A stretch of 59,488 nucleotides of DNA from assembly GCA_036274055.1 (NCBI GenBank), contig DASUGM010000304.1, forward strand, positions 1-59,488, in the 5' to 3' direction. The stretch comes from Vicinamibacterales bacterium. GTDB lineage: Bacteria > Acidobacteriota > Vicinamibacteria > Vicinamibacterales > SCN-69-37. The stretch's first letter is position 1; each line of letters opens with the position of its first letter. The notes below the pieces were generated by a model. The model was not told the origin of the DNA, did not search any database, and saw nothing but the letters and a program-made list of their open reading frames with translations. The translations under genes and the position numbers were made by a program. Of the stretch, positions 17,610-28,859 are shown in pieces.

Positions 17610-18764
17610 TCACTTCTTGAAGTACGTCGCCAGCACCCTCAGATCGCCGGGTGACACCGTGACCGACACGAGCACGGACCCATCGGCGGCGATCGCCGCG
17701 GCCTGTAACGTCGCGATCTCCCGCGGCGGCGCGAGGCTGGCGATTTCCTTGCCGGTCGCGATTGAAAACAGCACGAACTGTCCGCTCGACAGCGGCACGA
17801 TCAGCCAGGGGCCGACCTGGCGCGGATCGGACGCCGGACGCGCGGGCAGCGGTTCCCGCTGCAGCAACGCGCCGCTGCCGGCGCTGAACGTGCGCAGCGT
17901 GTTGTCGACGAGCGCCACGTAGAGCTTCTTGCCCTGGCGGACCGGGTCGCCGGCGATGGCCGCCCTCACCATCTCCGGGCCGTCGAGCGACGGGAAGCAC
18001 CAGGACATCACGCCGGTGACTTGACGGGCCGCGCACAGGAAACTTTCGGCCGTGCCCATCGCGATCAATCCATCCGATGCCAGCAGCGTCGTCGGTTGCA
18101 GCTCCTGCGGCGTGCGCCACCGTATGGCGCCGCTGCCCAGTTCGAGGGCCACCAGCGTCTTGTCGCCGAGCGCGATGTACACCGTGCTGGCGTGCACCGC
18201 GGGTCGGGTCACTGGCGCGCCGCCCAGGTCCTGCTTCCAGGTTTCGCTGCCGTCGGCGGCGCGACGCGCCTGCAGGCCGGTGGCCGTCGGAAGGAGAATG
18301 ATGCCGCCGTGAAGAACGGGGCCCGGCGAAGGGACGGCGGGCGAACTCCAACGCGCGGCGCCGGTGGTTTCGTCGAGCGCGGTCAGCCGATCGTCGCTCA
18401 GCACGAAGACCAGACCGTCGCCGACGACAATCGGAGCCGCGGGCTTCAACGGGCTCGTCCAGAGCTGAAGGCCGTCACTGAGATTGCGCGCCGACACAGC
18501 CAACGACTTTCCGCCCAGATAGACGGAGCGCGCGCCGACAGCGACGGTCATCCCGTCGCTGCTGTCGATGGGTTGTTCCCAGCCGCGCGCGTAGAGCAGC
18601 TCCGCCTGATTCTGTTGCGCGATCCCCGGCGCGCCCGCCGGTGCGGGTGTTTGCACGGCGGGAACCTGCGGGCCAGTCGCCGCGACCGGGGCGTCGCCGC
18701 CGGGTAGCAGCAGACTCACGCAGGCCGCGACACCCCAACATGTTGCGGCTGCGGACGGCGTCAC
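17610..18764 (-). CDS. PQQ-like beta-propeller repeat protein (BamB-like)
   Basis: Repeated beta-propeller-type segments. With the start trimmed to the GTG at 18764, the N-terminus is [15 protein letters not shown] (VAAC lipobox-like). The long ORF to 18854 would overlap the guaA start and its TATAAT box. Confidence 0.7.
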   Translation of the reverse strand: MTPSAAATCWGVAACVSLLLPGGDAPVAATGPQVPAVQTPAPAGAPGIAQQNQAELLYARGWEQPIDSSDGMTVAVGARSVYLGGKSLAVSARNLSDGLQLWTSPLKPAAPIVVGDGLVFVLSDDRLTALDETTGAARWSSPAVPSPGPVLHGGIILLPTATGLQARRAADGSETWKQDLGGAPVTRPAVHASTVYIALGDKTLVALELGSGAIRWRTPQELQPTTLLASDGLIAMGTAESFLCAARQVTGVMSWCFPSLDGPEMVRAAIAGDPVRQGKKLYVALVDNTLRTFSAGSGALLQREPLPARPASDPRQVGPWLIVPLSSGQFVLFSIATGKEIASLAPPREIATLQAAAIAADGSVLVSVTVSPGDLRVLATYFKK

Positions 18765-18769
18765 ACGCT

Positions 18770-18775
18770 TATAAT
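18770..18775 (+). promoter_or_regulatory. consensus -10 box (TATAAT) upstream of guaA
   Basis: Perfect TATAAT 73 nt upstream of the guaA GTG, in an otherwise GC-rich context. No good -35. Confidence 0.35.
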
Positions 18776-18847
18776 AGCGGTTATCCGACGAGCCGCCGGC
18801 CTCGATCTTGCTTCGCAGGCGCACCGATCGGACCATCCGGCCGCCTT

Positions 18848-20383
18848 GTGACACATCAAACGATTGTTGTTCTGGACTTCGGCTCGCAGTTCACGCAATT
18901 GATTGCGCGCCGGCTTCGCGAGTTGTCGGTGTTTTCGGAAATCCTGCCGCCGAGCACCCCGGCGGCGGAGATCGCGAAGCGCAAACCGGCCGGCATCATT
19001 TTGTCCGGCGGTCCGAAGAGCGTCGACGAGCCCGGCGCCCCGAAAAGCGATCCTGGATTGCTGGGCATCGGCACGCCGGTCCTCGGCATCTGTTACGGGA
19101 TGCAGTTGATGACCGACGCGCTGGGCGGAAAGGTCGGCAGCGCTCCGCACCGCGAGTTCGGCCACGCGACCGTCACCGTCCACAACGGCGCCACGCTGTT
19201 CAAGGACGTCCCGCATTCGCTCAAGGTCTGGGCGAGCCACGGGGACTTCGTTGCCGCGGCGCCGCCGGGCTTCGATGTCGTGGCCACGTCGACCAACGCG
19301 CCGGTCGCCGCCATCGAAGACCAGGCTCGACGGCTCTACGGCCTGCTGTTCCATCCCGAAGTCGCGCACACCGACAAGGGCATGGAGATCATCCGCAACT
19401 TCGCCTACGGCGTCTGCGGCTGCACCGGCGACTGGACGATGAAGTCGTTCGTCGACGAGAGCGTCGCGCGCATCCGCGAGAAAGTCGGCGACGGCAAGGT
19501 CGTGTGCGGACTCTCGGGCGGCGTCGACTCGACCGTCGCCGCGATGCTGCTGCACAAGGCGCTCGGCGATCGGCTGACCTGCATCTTCGTCGACAACGGG
19601 CTGCTGCGCCTCGGCGAAGCGGAGCAGGTGAGAACGCGCTTCAAGAAACTCGGGTTGAACCTCGAGTTCGTCGACGCGACGGACCTTTTCCTCGACCGCC
19701 TGAAGGACGTGACCGATCCCGAGAAGAAGCGAAAGATCATCGGGGCCGCCTTCATCGACGTCTTCGAAGAGCGTGCCCGGGAACTGGGCGACTTCGACTT
19801 TCTCGCGCAGGGCACGTTGTATCCCGACGTGATCGAGAGCGTCTCGGTGGTCGGCCCATCAGCGACGATCAAGAGTCATCACAACGTCGGCGGCCTGCCC
19901 GATCGGATGCGCTTCAAGCTGGTCGAACCGCTCCGGATGTTGTTCAAGGACGAGGTCCGGGCGGTGGGCACGACGATGGGCCTCGACGACGAGTTCGTCT
20001 GGCGCCAGCCGTTCCCTGGACCGGGCCTGGCGGTTCGACTGCTCGGCCCGATAACGCGCGATCGGCTCGACCTGTTGCGCCGCGCCGACGCGATCGTCGT
20101 CGACGAAATCAGGAAGGCTGGCTGGTATCGGAAGGTCTGGCAGTCCTTTGCCGTGCTGCTGCCGGTGCAGAGCGTCGGGGTGATGGGCGACGGCCGCACG
20201 TACGAGTACACGGTGGCGATTCGCGCCGTCGAGAGCCGGGACGGGATGACTGCCGAGTGGGCGCGGCTGCCGCACGATCTGCTGGCGGCGATGTCGTCGC
20301 GCATCGTCAACGAAGTGCGCGGCATCAACCGCGTCGTCTTCGACATCAGTTCCAAGCCGCCGGCGACGATCGAGTGGGAATAA
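18848..20383 (+). CDS. guaA: GMP synthase (glutamine-hydrolysing)
   Basis: [32 protein letters not shown], and the C-terminal [11 protein letters not shown] start at 18848. Confidence 0.95.
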   Translation: MTHQTIVVLDFGSQFTQLIARRLRELSVFSEILPPSTPAAEIAKRKPAGIILSGGPKSVDEPGAPKSDPGLLGIGTPVLGICYGMQLMTDALGGKVGSAPHREFGHATVTVHNGATLFKDVPHSLKVWASHGDFVAAAPPGFDVVATSTNAPVAAIEDQARRLYGLLFHPEVAHTDKGMEIIRNFAYGVCGCTGDWTMKSFVDESVARIREKVGDGKVVCGLSGGVDSTVAAMLLHKALGDRLTCIFVDNGLLRLGEAEQVRTRFKKLGLNLEFVDATDLFLDRLKDVTDPEKKRKIIGAAFIDVFEERARELGDFDFLAQGTLYPDVIESVSVVGPSATIKSHHNVGGLPDRMRFKLVEPLRMLFKDEVRAVGTTMGLDDEFVWRQPFPGPGLAVRLLGPITRDRLDLLRRADAIVVDEIRKAGWYRKVWQSFAVLLPVQSVGVMGDGRTYEYTVAIRAVESRDGMTAEWARLPHDLLAAMSSRIVNEVRGINRVVFDISSKPPATIEWE

Positions 20384-20386
20384 GCC

Positions 20387-23300
20387 ATGCCCGAGTTCGT
20401 CCACCTGCACCTGCACACCGAGTTCTCGCTGCTCGACGGCGCCTGCCGGATCGGCGAGATGCTCGATCGCGCCGCCGAGCTGAAGATGCCGGCGGTGGCG
20501 GTGACCGAGCACGGCAACATGTTCTCGGCGGTGCAGTTTCACGACGAGGCGAAGAAGCGCGGCGTCAAACCGATCCTCGGGTGTGAGGTTTACGTCGCAC
20601 CGGGCGACCGCAAGGATCGCTCGGGCACGCCCGGTGAAACCGCGAACCATCTCGTCCTGCTGTCGGAGACCAACGAGGGCTTCCACAACCTCATCAAGCT
20701 GGTCTCGTCGGGCTACACCGACGGCTTCTACTACAAGCCGCGCATTGACAAGGACCTGCTGGCGCAGCACGCGAAGGGCCTGATCGGTCTCAGCAGCTGT
20801 CTGAAAGGCGAGGTTGCGACTGGCATTCGCACCGATCAGGCGCGAAAAGCACTCGAGGCGGCGGCGCGCTATCGCGACATCCTCGGCGAGGGCAATTTCT
20901 TCCTCGAAATGCAGAACCAGGGCATCGACGAGCAGCGCATCGTCAACAGCGGATTGCTGCCGATTGCGCGCGATCTGAACATGCCGCTGGTGTGCACGAA
21001 CGACGTCCACTACCTCCGGCAGTCCGACCAGCACCCCCACGACATCCTGCTCTGCATCGGCACCGGCAAGAACGTCAACGACGACAAACGGCTGAAGTAC
21101 CACGGCGACCAGTTCTTCCTGAAGACCGCGGAAGAGATGTGGAAGGTGTTCGGCGACTATCCCGAGGCGCTGAAGAACACGATGCGCATCGCCGAGCGCT
21201 GCGCCGTGTCACTGCCGAAGGGCGAGGCGCACCTGCCGAACTTCGCGGTGCCGGCCGGCTACGACACCGATTCCTACTTCGACCACGTCGTCCGCCAGGG
21301 CTTCAACGCGCGGATGACGCAGTGGCTGGCGCAGCAGGCCCGCGGTGAACTGCGCTGTTCGCTGGCCGCGTACGAAGAGCGGCTGAACTTCGAAATCGAC
21401 ATCATCAAGAAGATGAAGTACCCGGGCTACTTCCTGATCGTCTGGGACTTCATCCGTTACGCGCGCGAGAAGGGCATTCCGGTCGGACCGGGCCGCGGCT
21501 CGGCGGCCGGCAGCCTGGTCGCCTACGTGCTGCGAATCACCGACGTCGACCCGCTCCATTTCGATCTCTACTTCGAGCGTTTCCTCAACCCGGAGCGCGT
21601 CAGCCTGCCGGATATCGACATCGACTTCTGCGAGCGCCGCCGCGGTGAGGTCATCGCCTACGTCACCGAGAAGTACGGCCGCGAGAACGTCGCCCAGATC
21701 ATCACCTTCGGGACGATGAAGGCCAAGGCGGCGGTGCGCGACGTCGGCCGCGTCATGGAGATGCCGATCTCCGAGGTCGACAAGGTCGCCAAGCTGATCC
21801 CCAACCAGCTCGAGATGACGCTCGATCTCGCGCTGCAGGAAAGTAAAGTCCTCGCTGACCTGGAGAAGAACGATCCGCGCGTCAAGGAACTGCTGGGCGT
21901 GGCCCGCCGGCTGGAGGGGATGACTCGACATGCCTCGGTGCACGCCGCCGGCGTCGTCATCGCGCCCAAGGCGATCACCGAGTTCGCGCCGCTCTATCGG
22001 AGCCAGAAGGACGAGGGCGAAATCACGACCCAGTGGGCGATGAAGGAGATCGAACGCGTCGGCCTCCTCAAGATGGATTTCCTCGGCCTGAGCACGTTGA
22101 CGCTGCTCGACGACGCGGTGAAGCACATCGCCGAGACCACCGGCGACAAAATCGACCTCGAAACTCTGCCGCTCGATGACGCCAAGGCCTACCAGGTGTT
22201 TCAGGTCGGGCAGACGCACGGCGTTTTCCAGTTCGAAAGCTCGGGGATGCGCGACACGCTGCGCAAAGCGAAGCCGCAGTGTCTCGAAGATCTCATCGCG
22301 CTCAACGCACTCTATCGGCCAGGCCCGCTGCGCGGCGGCGTCGTCGACGACTACATCGCCCGCAAGCACGGCCGGGTCGAGATCAAGTACGACCTGCCGC
22401 AGATGGAGGGCGTGCTCAAGGAGACCTACGGGGTCATCGCCTATCAGGAACAGGTGATGCGGCTCGCCAGTGAGCTGGCGGGCTTCACGCTCGGCCAGGC
22501 CGACGAACTCCGCCGCGCCATGGGCAAGAAGGACGCCGCGAAGATGGAGGCGCAGAAGGACGCCTTCATGAGCGGCTGCAAGGCGCGCGGCATCCCCGAC
22601 AAGAAAGCGAGCAAGGTCTTCGAGTTCATCGAGTATTTCGCCGGCTACGGCTTCAACAAGTCGCACTCGACGACCTACGCGCTGCTCGCGTATCAGACCG
22701 CCTACCTCAAAGCCAACTATCCGCGTCACTTCATGGCGGCGCTGCTGACGATCGAGTCGCAGAGTTCCGACAAGGTCGCGCTCTATCTGGCCGAGTGCCG
22801 CGAACTCGGCGTGCCGGTGCTGCCGCCGGACATCAACGAAAGCCAGTGGCAGTTCGTCGTCCAGTCCGACGGCGTGCGATTCGGACTGGGCGCGATCAAA
22901 GGCGCCGGCGAAGGAGCGATCCAGTCGATCCTCGACGCCCGCACCGCGCTCGGCGGCAAGATCACCTCGCTCTTCGCGCTCAGCGAGCACCTCGACCTGC
23001 GACTGGTCAACAAGAAGGTCCTCGAGTGCCTGGTCAAATCCGGCGCGCTCGATTCGCTCGCGCCCGGCGGCCGCGAGGCCTATCTCGCCTGGCGGCCGCG
23101 GGTGCTGGCCGGCATCGATCGCATTCTCGATCACGGCAACCGCCACCAGCGCGATCGCGACCAGGGCCAGAGCCTGCTGTTCGGTGGCGACACCGGCGAC
23201 GCCGGACCGGTCAACGACGACGCGGCGCTGGCGCCGGCGCGCGCGTGGACCGAGACCGAGGCGCTCACCGCCGAAAAAGAAGCGCTCGGCCTCTACATGA

Positions 23301-23884
23301 GCGGCCACCCGCTGCAGAAATTCGCCGAGGTCATCGCCGGCTCGGGCGCGCGGAAACTCGAGACGCTGACCCAGTCCGAGGCCGACGTCGCCATCGCCGG
23401 CTGCGTCACCGGCCTGCGTCCGCTCAAGACCAAGAAGGGCGACCGGATGTGCGTCTTCATGCTCGAAGAAGAAGGCGGCAAGGTCGAGTGCGTCGTCTTC
23501 CCGGAGGCGTTCCAGAAATTCGGCGGGCTGGCGGTCGACGATGCGCTCCTGCTGGTCCGCGGCAAATTCGATCGCGACGACGACAGCGTCCGCATGGTGG
23601 TCGCGGAGATCACGCCGCTCGAGGTCATCCGCGAGCGCGCCGTCCGCGAAGTCGAGATCACGCTGGCCGGCCGCGGCCTCGCCAAGCAGGTGATGCGCGA
23701 TCTGCTGGCGTTGCTCGACAAGCACACCGGCGATCGCCGGGTGTCGCTGGTCGTCGAACTCAACGGCCAGTCCAACTTGCGCGTCCGCGCCGCGACGGCG
23801 CGCCGGGTCCGGCCGAGCGACTGGTTCGTCCGCGACGTCGAAGCGCTCGTCGGCACCGGGTCGGTCAGCCTCAAGGATTTCTAG
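20387..23884 (+). CDS. dnaE: DNA polymerase III alpha subunit
   Basis: 1165 aa. PHP N-terminus FVHLHLHTEFSLLDG, followed by polymerase core and OB regions. Confidence 0.97.
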   Translation: MPEFVHLHLHTEFSLLDGACRIGEMLDRAAELKMPAVAVTEHGNMFSAVQFHDEAKKRGVKPILGCEVYVAPGDRKDRSGTPGETANHLVLLSETNEGFHNLIKLVSSGYTDGFYYKPRIDKDLLAQHAKGLIGLSSCLKGEVATGIRTDQARKALEAAARYRDILGEGNFFLEMQNQGIDEQRIVNSGLLPIARDLNMPLVCTNDVHYLRQSDQHPHDILLCIGTGKNVNDDKRLKYHGDQFFLKTAEEMWKVFGDYPEALKNTMRIAERCAVSLPKGEAHLPNFAVPAGYDTDSYFDHVVRQGFNARMTQWLAQQARGELRCSLAAYEERLNFEIDIIKKMKYPGYFLIVWDFIRYAREKGIPVGPGRGSAAGSLVAYVLRITDVDPLHFDLYFERFLNPERVSLPDIDIDFCERRRGEVIAYVTEKYGRENVAQIITFGTMKAKAAVRDVGRVMEMPISEVDKVAKLIPNQLEMTLDLALQESKVLADLEKNDPRVKELLGVARRLEGMTRHASVHAAGVVIAPKAITEFAPLYRSQKDEGEITTQWAMKEIERVGLLKMDFLGLSTLTLLDDAVKHIAETTGDKIDLETLPLDDAKAYQVFQVGQTHGVFQFESSGMRDTLRKAKPQCLEDLIALNALYRPGPLRGGVVDDYIARKHGRVEIKYDLPQMEGVLKETYGVIAYQEQVMRLASELAGFTLGQADELRRAMGKKDAAKMEAQKDAFMSGCKARGIPDKKASKVFEFIEYFAGYGFNKSHSTTYALLAYQTAYLKANYPRHFMAALLTIESQSSDKVALYLAECRELGVPVLPPDINESQWQFVVQSDGVRFGLGAIKGAGEGAIQSILDARTALGGKITSLFALSEHLDLRLVNKKVLECLVKSGALDSLAPGGREAYLAWRPRVLAGIDRILDHGNRHQRDRDQGQSLLFGGDTGDAGPVNDDAALAPARAWTETEALTAEKEALGLYMSGHPLQKFAEVIAGSGARKLETLTQSEADVAIAGCVTGLRPLKTKKGDRMCVFMLEEEGGKVECVVFPEAFQKFGGLAVDDALLLVRGKFDRDDDSVRMVVAEITPLEVIRERAVREVEITLAGRGLAKQVMRDLLALLDKHTGDRRVSLVVELNGQSNLRVRAATARRVRPSDWFVRDVEALVGTGSVSLKDF

Positions 23885-23887
23885 CCT

Positions 23888-24892
23888 ATGCCCTCAGACA
23901 CTCTGGATTTCGAAGAGCCGGTCGCCGTGCTGCTGAAAGAGATCGAGGCGCTGAGCATGATGCCGCAGACGCCGGAGCGGCGCGCGTCGATCGCGCAGCT
24001 CGAATCGCGGGCGACCGAATTGCGCCGCGAGATCTACGCGACGCTCAAGCCGTGGCAGATCGTCCAGGTCGCGCGTCATCCCAACCGCCCGATCATGCTC
24101 GACTACGTCGAGCGGCTGTTCACCGAATTCACCGAGGTCCACGGCGACCGCCGCTTCGCCGACGACAAGGCGATCGTCACCGGCTTCGGCTTCTTCCACG
24201 GCCAGCCGGTCGCGGTGGTCGGTCATCAGAAGGGCCGCGATACCAAGCAGAAGATCTTCCGGAACTTCGGCTACGCCAAGCCCGAAGGCTATCGCAAGGC
24301 GCTGCGGATCATGGAGCTGGCGCAGAAGTTCAAGCGGCCGGTGATCGTCTTCGTCGACACGCCGGCGGCGTATCCCGGCATCGAGTCCGAGGAACGCGGC
24401 GTCGCCGAAGCGATCGCGTTGAATCTCCGCGAGATGGCGCTGCTCGACACGCCGATCGTCGTGATCGTCTGCGGCGAAGGCGGCAGCGGCGGCGCGCTCG
24501 GCATCGCGGTCGGCGATCGCATCCTGATGCAGGAGTTCAGCGTCTACAGCGTCATCCCGCCGGAAGGCTGCGCGGCGATTCTGTGGCGCGACGCCAAACG
24601 CAAGGTCGAGGCCGCCGAAGCCCTGAAGATGACCGCCATCGACATGCGTCAGCTCCGGTTGATCGACGAGATCGTCAAGGAACCGGCGGGCGGCGCGCAT
24701 CTGGACCACGCGCAGGCCGCGGCCCTCGTCGACGAGGCGATTTACCGTCACCTGAGCGAACTGTCGGCGATGGACTCCGCCGCCCGTCTCGACGCCCGCT
24801 ACGCCAAGTTCCGGGCCATGGGCAGCGTCGGCGTCACCGAGCCGGCGCCGCCGGCGGTGCCGGCGCAGGTCCCGCCCGGCGCCTCGAGCTGA
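23888..24892 (+). CDS. accA: acetyl-CoA carboxylase carboxyltransferase alpha subunit
   Basis: Typical AccA sequence: VQVARHPNRP, FVDTPGAYPG-like FVDTPAAYPGIESEERG. Confidence 0.95.
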   Translation: MPSDTLDFEEPVAVLLKEIEALSMMPQTPERRASIAQLESRATELRREIYATLKPWQIVQVARHPNRPIMLDYVERLFTEFTEVHGDRRFADDKAIVTGFGFFHGQPVAVVGHQKGRDTKQKIFRNFGYAKPEGYRKALRIMELAQKFKRPVIVFVDTPAAYPGIESEERGVAEAIALNLREMALLDTPIVVIVCGEGGSGGALGIAVGDRILMQEFSVYSVIPPEGCAAILWRDAKRKVEAAEALKMTAIDMRQLRLIDEIVKEPAGGAHLDHAQAAALVDEAIYRHLSELSAMDSAARLDARYAKFRAMGSVGVTEPAPPAVPAQVPPGASS

Positions 24893-26628
24893 TGCAGCGC
24901 CGCCTCTGGGTAGACGTGCCCGTCGACGGCGCGCGCGTCGATGCCGCGGCCGCCGCCCTCGGCGTGCCGCCGGTCATCGCCCGGTTGTTGTGTCAGCGCG
25001 GCCTCGACGATCCCGACGCCGCCCGCCGGTTCCTGGCGCCGTCGCTGTCGCAGCTGCACGATCCATTTTTGCTCGCCGGGATGCGGCCGGCCGTCGACCG
25101 CCTGATGGGTGCCATCGCCCGGCGCGAAAAAATCGCCATTCATGGCGACTACGACGTCGACGGCATCACCGCGACGGTGATCCTGCGCCGGGCCATCGAA
25201 ATCCTGGGCGGCGACGTCGCCCACTTCGTGCCCGACCGGATCAAGGACGGCTACGGCCTGCAGCCGGAAACGATCGAGCGGCTGCATGCCGCCGGCGCGG
25301 CGATTGTCGTCTCGGTCGACTGCGGCATCCGTGCCGGCGCCGCGGCGCAGCGGGCGCGCGAGCTCGGTGTCGATCTGATCATCACCGATCACCACGAGCC
25401 GGAAGCGACGCTGCCGGCCGCGCTGGCCGTGATCAATCCCAAACGGCACGACTGCGACTACCCGGAGAAGATGCTGGCCGGCGTCGGCGTCGCCCTCAAG
25501 CTGGTGCAGGCGCTGCTCCAGGAGAGCGGCCGCGGCGCCGATCTGCTGCCGCACTTCATCAAGGTCGCGGCGATCGGCACGCTGGCCGACGTGGTGCCAC
25601 TGCTCGGCGAGAACCGCGTCATCGCGCGGTGCGGACTCGACGGTTTGTCGGTCGGTCCGCACGGCGCCGGCATCGAAGCGCTGCTGTCGGAGAGCGGCCT
25701 GCTCGGCCGCGCGCTCGACAGCTTTCATGTCAGCTTCGTGATCGCGCCGCGCCTCAACGCCGCCGGCCGGATGAGTTCACCGGACATCGCCGTCGATCTC
25801 CTGCTGATGAAGGGCCGGAGCGACGAGATCACCGGACGGGCGCGCGATCTGGCGCGACAGCTTTCCGAGGAAAACACCAGACGGCAGGAACAGGAAGCGA
25901 CGATCGTTGCCGACGCCAGGCGCATGATCGACAAGGACCCGTCGGTCGGCGCCCAGAACATCCTGATTGTCGCCGGACACGACTGGCACCGCGGCGTCAT
26001 CGGGATTGTCGCCTCGAAGCTGGTCGAGGCCTACTGCAAGCCGGCGCTGGTGCTCTCGATCGAAGACGGCATTGCCTACGGATCGGGCCGCAGCATTGCC
26101 GCGTTCGATCTGCTGGCCGGGCTCGAGTCGGTGGCCGATGTGTTTCTCCGCTTCGGCGGCCACAAGGTGGCGGCCGGCGTCACCCTCGACGCGGCGCGCA
26201 TCGGCGAACTCCGCGCGCGGTTGACGCTGTGGGCCAACGACCGGCTGAGCCCGCAGGACCTGGTGCCGCGGCTGCGCATCGACGCGCCACTCGGCCTGCG
26301 CGAGATCTCGAGCGAGGTGATCGAAGGCCTCAACCGCCTCGGGCCGTATGGCGCGGCCAATCCCAAGCCGGTGTTTCGCGCCTCGCCGGTGGATCTGATC
26401 GAAGCCCCGCGCCGCCTCAAGGACCGCCATCTTGCCTTGCGCGTCAAACAGAATGGCCGCGCGTTTCGAGCGATGGCATGGCGGGCGATCGACCGTGAAG
26501 CCTATTTGACGGCCAATCGATACGGACTGGAGCTGGCGTATTCGCTCGAGCAGAGCGAGTACCGCGGAGAAAAAGTGGTCGAGTTGACGGTCGCCGACGT
26601 CCGCGTTCCACAGGAGATTCTGGTGTGA
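24892..26628 (+). CDS. recJ: single-stranded-DNA-specific exonuclease RecJ
   Basis: DHH motifs IHGDYDVDGITA, VDCG, ITDHH and DHHA1. Its ATG shares 1 nt with the accA stop. Confidence 0.95.
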   Translation: MQRRLWVDVPVDGARVDAAAAALGVPPVIARLLCQRGLDDPDAARRFLAPSLSQLHDPFLLAGMRPAVDRLMGAIARREKIAIHGDYDVDGITATVILRRAIEILGGDVAHFVPDRIKDGYGLQPETIERLHAAGAAIVVSVDCGIRAGAAAQRARELGVDLIITDHHEPEATLPAALAVINPKRHDCDYPEKMLAGVGVALKLVQALLQESGRGADLLPHFIKVAAIGTLADVVPLLGENRVIARCGLDGLSVGPHGAGIEALLSESGLLGRALDSFHVSFVIAPRLNAAGRMSSPDIAVDLLLMKGRSDEITGRARDLARQLSEENTRRQEQEATIVADARRMIDKDPSVGAQNILIVAGHDWHRGVIGIVASKLVEAYCKPALVLSIEDGIAYGSGRSIAAFDLLAGLESVADVFLRFGGHKVAAGVTLDAARIGELRARLTLWANDRLSPQDLVPRLRIDAPLGLREISSEVIEGLNRLGPYGAANPKPVFRASPVDLIEAPRRLKDRHLALRVKQNGRAFRAMAWRAIDREAYLTANRYGLELAYSLEQSEYRGEKVVELTVADVRVPQEILV

Positions 26629-28859
26629 GGTGGCAGCGCGCCGCGCGGTGGCTGTTTGCGATCGCCGGCCTCGGCTGCGCGGTGGCGCTCTATGTGCTGA
26701 CGCGCGAGCGGCCGGCCGCCATCAACCGTGAGGAAGGCCCGGTGCTGACGAAGGGCGCGACCGCGCAGTCGAGCGGCGGCGTGGCCAACCGCTATCGCCT
26801 CAACCTGCTGATCGCCTCGATCGAACATCACGGCGAAGAAGTCTTCGAAGACGGGCGCGTGGTCTGGAAGCGCGCCACCATGACCTTCAAAGAAGACGGC
26901 ACCGTCATTTCGGCCGACAGCATCGAGTCGAAAGGGAAGTCCGGCGGTCAGGGCATGCCCGCGGAGCTGGTCCTCACCGGCACGGTCAAGCTGACCGGCA
27001 AGGACGGCGAGACCGCTGAAGCCGACGCAGCCACCTATAACGAAACCACCGGCATCCTGGTCATCCCCGACGACGTCAAATTCACGCGCGGCAAGATGGC
27101 CGGCAGCGGCAAGAAGGCGACCTACACGCGCCAAACCGGGGTCTTTCTGATCCAGGAAGAGGGCCACGTCGTCCTGCTGCCGACCGATACGAGCGGGCCG
27201 GTCGACGCCAGGTCGACGTCGGTGACATTCAATCGCGCCAATCGCTCGATGCTCTTCGCCGGCAAGGCGGTAATCACCCGCGCCGACGAAACGATGTCGA
27301 GTGAAAACGCGACGCTATATCTCGCCGACACCGATGACACCTTCCGCGTCATCGAGTTGCGCGCCAACGCCCGCGTGACGCCGATGCCCGGCAAGCCCTC
27401 GAGCGTGCCCGACATGCAGGCCGACAACATCGACCTTGCGTTCTATCCGGCCACGCAGATGCTGCAGCAGGGACATCTCGCCGGCAACGCCCGCATGGTG
27501 CAGACCGGCGAGCGCGGCGCGCGGTCGATCATCGCGCCGACGATCGACTTCGGGACCGCGCCCGACGGCAAGACGCTCACGCGCCTGGACGCGCGCAAAC
27601 CGGTCGAAGTGCAGTTGCCGGCCTCCAAGGACGCTCCGGCGCGCCGCGTCACCGCGCAGACCCTGGTCGCGCAGGGCGACGATCAGCACGGACTGACGCG
27701 CGCGTTGTTCGAGGGCGGGGCGAGGTTCGAAGAGATGATTCCCGCGGCCGCCGGACAGCCGGCGCGGACGCGGGTCGGCGAGGCCCGCAGCCTGAGTCTC
27801 GCTCTCAAGGGCCAGCTCGACACCATCGACGACGCGACGTTCACGGACAACGTCAAGTTCGTCGACGGCGACACCACCGGCGTCGGCGACATCGGCATCT
27901 ACTACTCGGCGCGCGAAGAGTTATGGCTGCAGCCGCAGCCCAGGAACACCAGGCGGCCGCCGAATGTGATCAGCCAGGACATGACCATCGACGCGGCCGA
28001 GATCATCAAGGTCGACTTGAAGAACGACAACGTCTCGGCCAAACGGGATGTCAAGACGGTGATGGCCAACAGCGACAAGGGCGCCACGAAGTCCGCGTCG
28101 ACGCTCTTCGATCCAACCAAGAAGGTCCTGGGTTTCGGCGACGAGTTCGCCTACGACAGCGCCAGGAAGACCGCGCGGTTCGTCGGCGCCCGAACGAAAC
28201 CCGCGCAACTGCGGCAGGTCGACAATGAGGACGTCACCGAAGTCTTCGGTCTGGAGCTGGTCCTGTTCAAGGACACCAGCGACCTCAACGCGACCGGTGC
28301 GGTCCGCTCGATCTTCAGCGTCACCGACGACGGCGCGCCGGCTTCCGGGACCAAAGCGGCCACGCCCGCGGTGAAGCGCCGCTACGACATCACCAGCGAG
28401 ACGCTCGTCTACAAAGACGGCGCCCATCTGGCGACGTACACCGGAACGCCAGGCGTCCCCGCCATTCTCAAGGCCGGCACCGAGGGCAACATCGAAGCGG
28501 CCCGCATCGACCTGCGCCTCGCCGAAGCGTCGCGATCGCTCGAACGGCTCGACGCCGCGCGCAGCAAGGACCCGCGCGGCGACTTCACCGGCGAGACGAT
28601 TTTCGCGACGCTCGAGGGCGGCCGCGAGGCCCGCGGCGATGTTCTGATCTACGATGCGCTCACCGGACGTTACACATTGAAGGGCAAACCGCTGTTCATC
28701 AAGTCGAAGGAAAGCGACGGCACCTGCAGCCTTTCGAGCGGGTCGGAAGCGATGTTCTCGAAAGCGGGCGGCGACCCGCAGTTCCCGCGCGAGAAAAACC
28801 CCGGCGGGTCGTCCTCGGAGAAGAAGGACTGTTCCATTTCGATCAAGGCCATCAAATAG
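26625..28859 (+). CDS. membrane-anchored protein with repeated LptC/LptA (OstA-like) type segments; probable expanded periplasmic LPS-transport bridge
   Basis: N-terminal TM anchor WLFAIAGLGCAVALYVL. Repeated beta-jellyroll-like segments such as A(D/T)YxxxTGxLxxxxxVxF. It sits immediately upstream of lptB-rpoN, where lptC-lptA normally sit. Confidence 0.55.
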   Translation: MRWQRAARWLFAIAGLGCAVALYVLTRERPAAINREEGPVLTKGATAQSSGGVANRYRLNLLIASIEHHGEEVFEDGRVVWKRATMTFKEDGTVISADSIESKGKSGGQGMPAELVLTGTVKLTGKDGETAEADAATYNETTGILVIPDDVKFTRGKMAGSGKKATYTRQTGVFLIQEEGHVVLLPTDTSGPVDARSTSVTFNRANRSMLFAGKAVITRADETMSSENATLYLADTDDTFRVIELRANARVTPMPGKPSSVPDMQADNIDLAFYPATQMLQQGHLAGNARMVQTGERGARSIIAPTIDFGTAPDGKTLTRLDARKPVEVQLPASKDAPARRVTAQTLVAQGDDQHGLTRALFEGGARFEEMIPAAAGQPARTRVGEARSLSLALKGQLDTIDDATFTDNVKFVDGDTTGVGDIGIYYSAREELWLQPQPRNTRRPPNVISQDMTIDAAEIIKVDLKNDNVSAKRDVKTVMANSDKGATKSASTLFDPTKKVLGFGDEFAYDSARKTARFVGARTKPAQLRQVDNEDVTEVFGLELVLFKDTSDLNATGAVRSIFSVTDDGAPASGTKAATPAVKRRYDITSETLVYKDGAHLATYTGTPGVPAILKAGTEGNIEAARIDLRLAEASRSLERLDAARSKDPRGDFTGETIFATLEGGREARGDVLIYDALTGRYTLKGKPLFIKSKESDGTCSLSSGSEAMFSKAGGDPQFPREKNPGGSSSEKKDCSISIKAIK

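Noticed and set aside
18765-18854. Longer N-terminus for the BamB-like gene, starting at 18854 or 18836.
   Set aside because: It would overlap the guaA GTG (18848) and would contain the consensus TATAAT box at 18770-18775. The GTG at 18764 gives a signal/lipobox-like N-terminus instead. The start remains uncertain.
26440-26470. Sigma-54 promoter-like TGGCCGCGCGTTTCG, and other TGGC...TTGC-like strings, given that rpoN is present.
   Set aside because: It lies inside the recJ coding sequence and deviates from TGGCAC-N5-TTGC at the key -12 GC position. I found no convincing -24/-12 element in any intergenic region.
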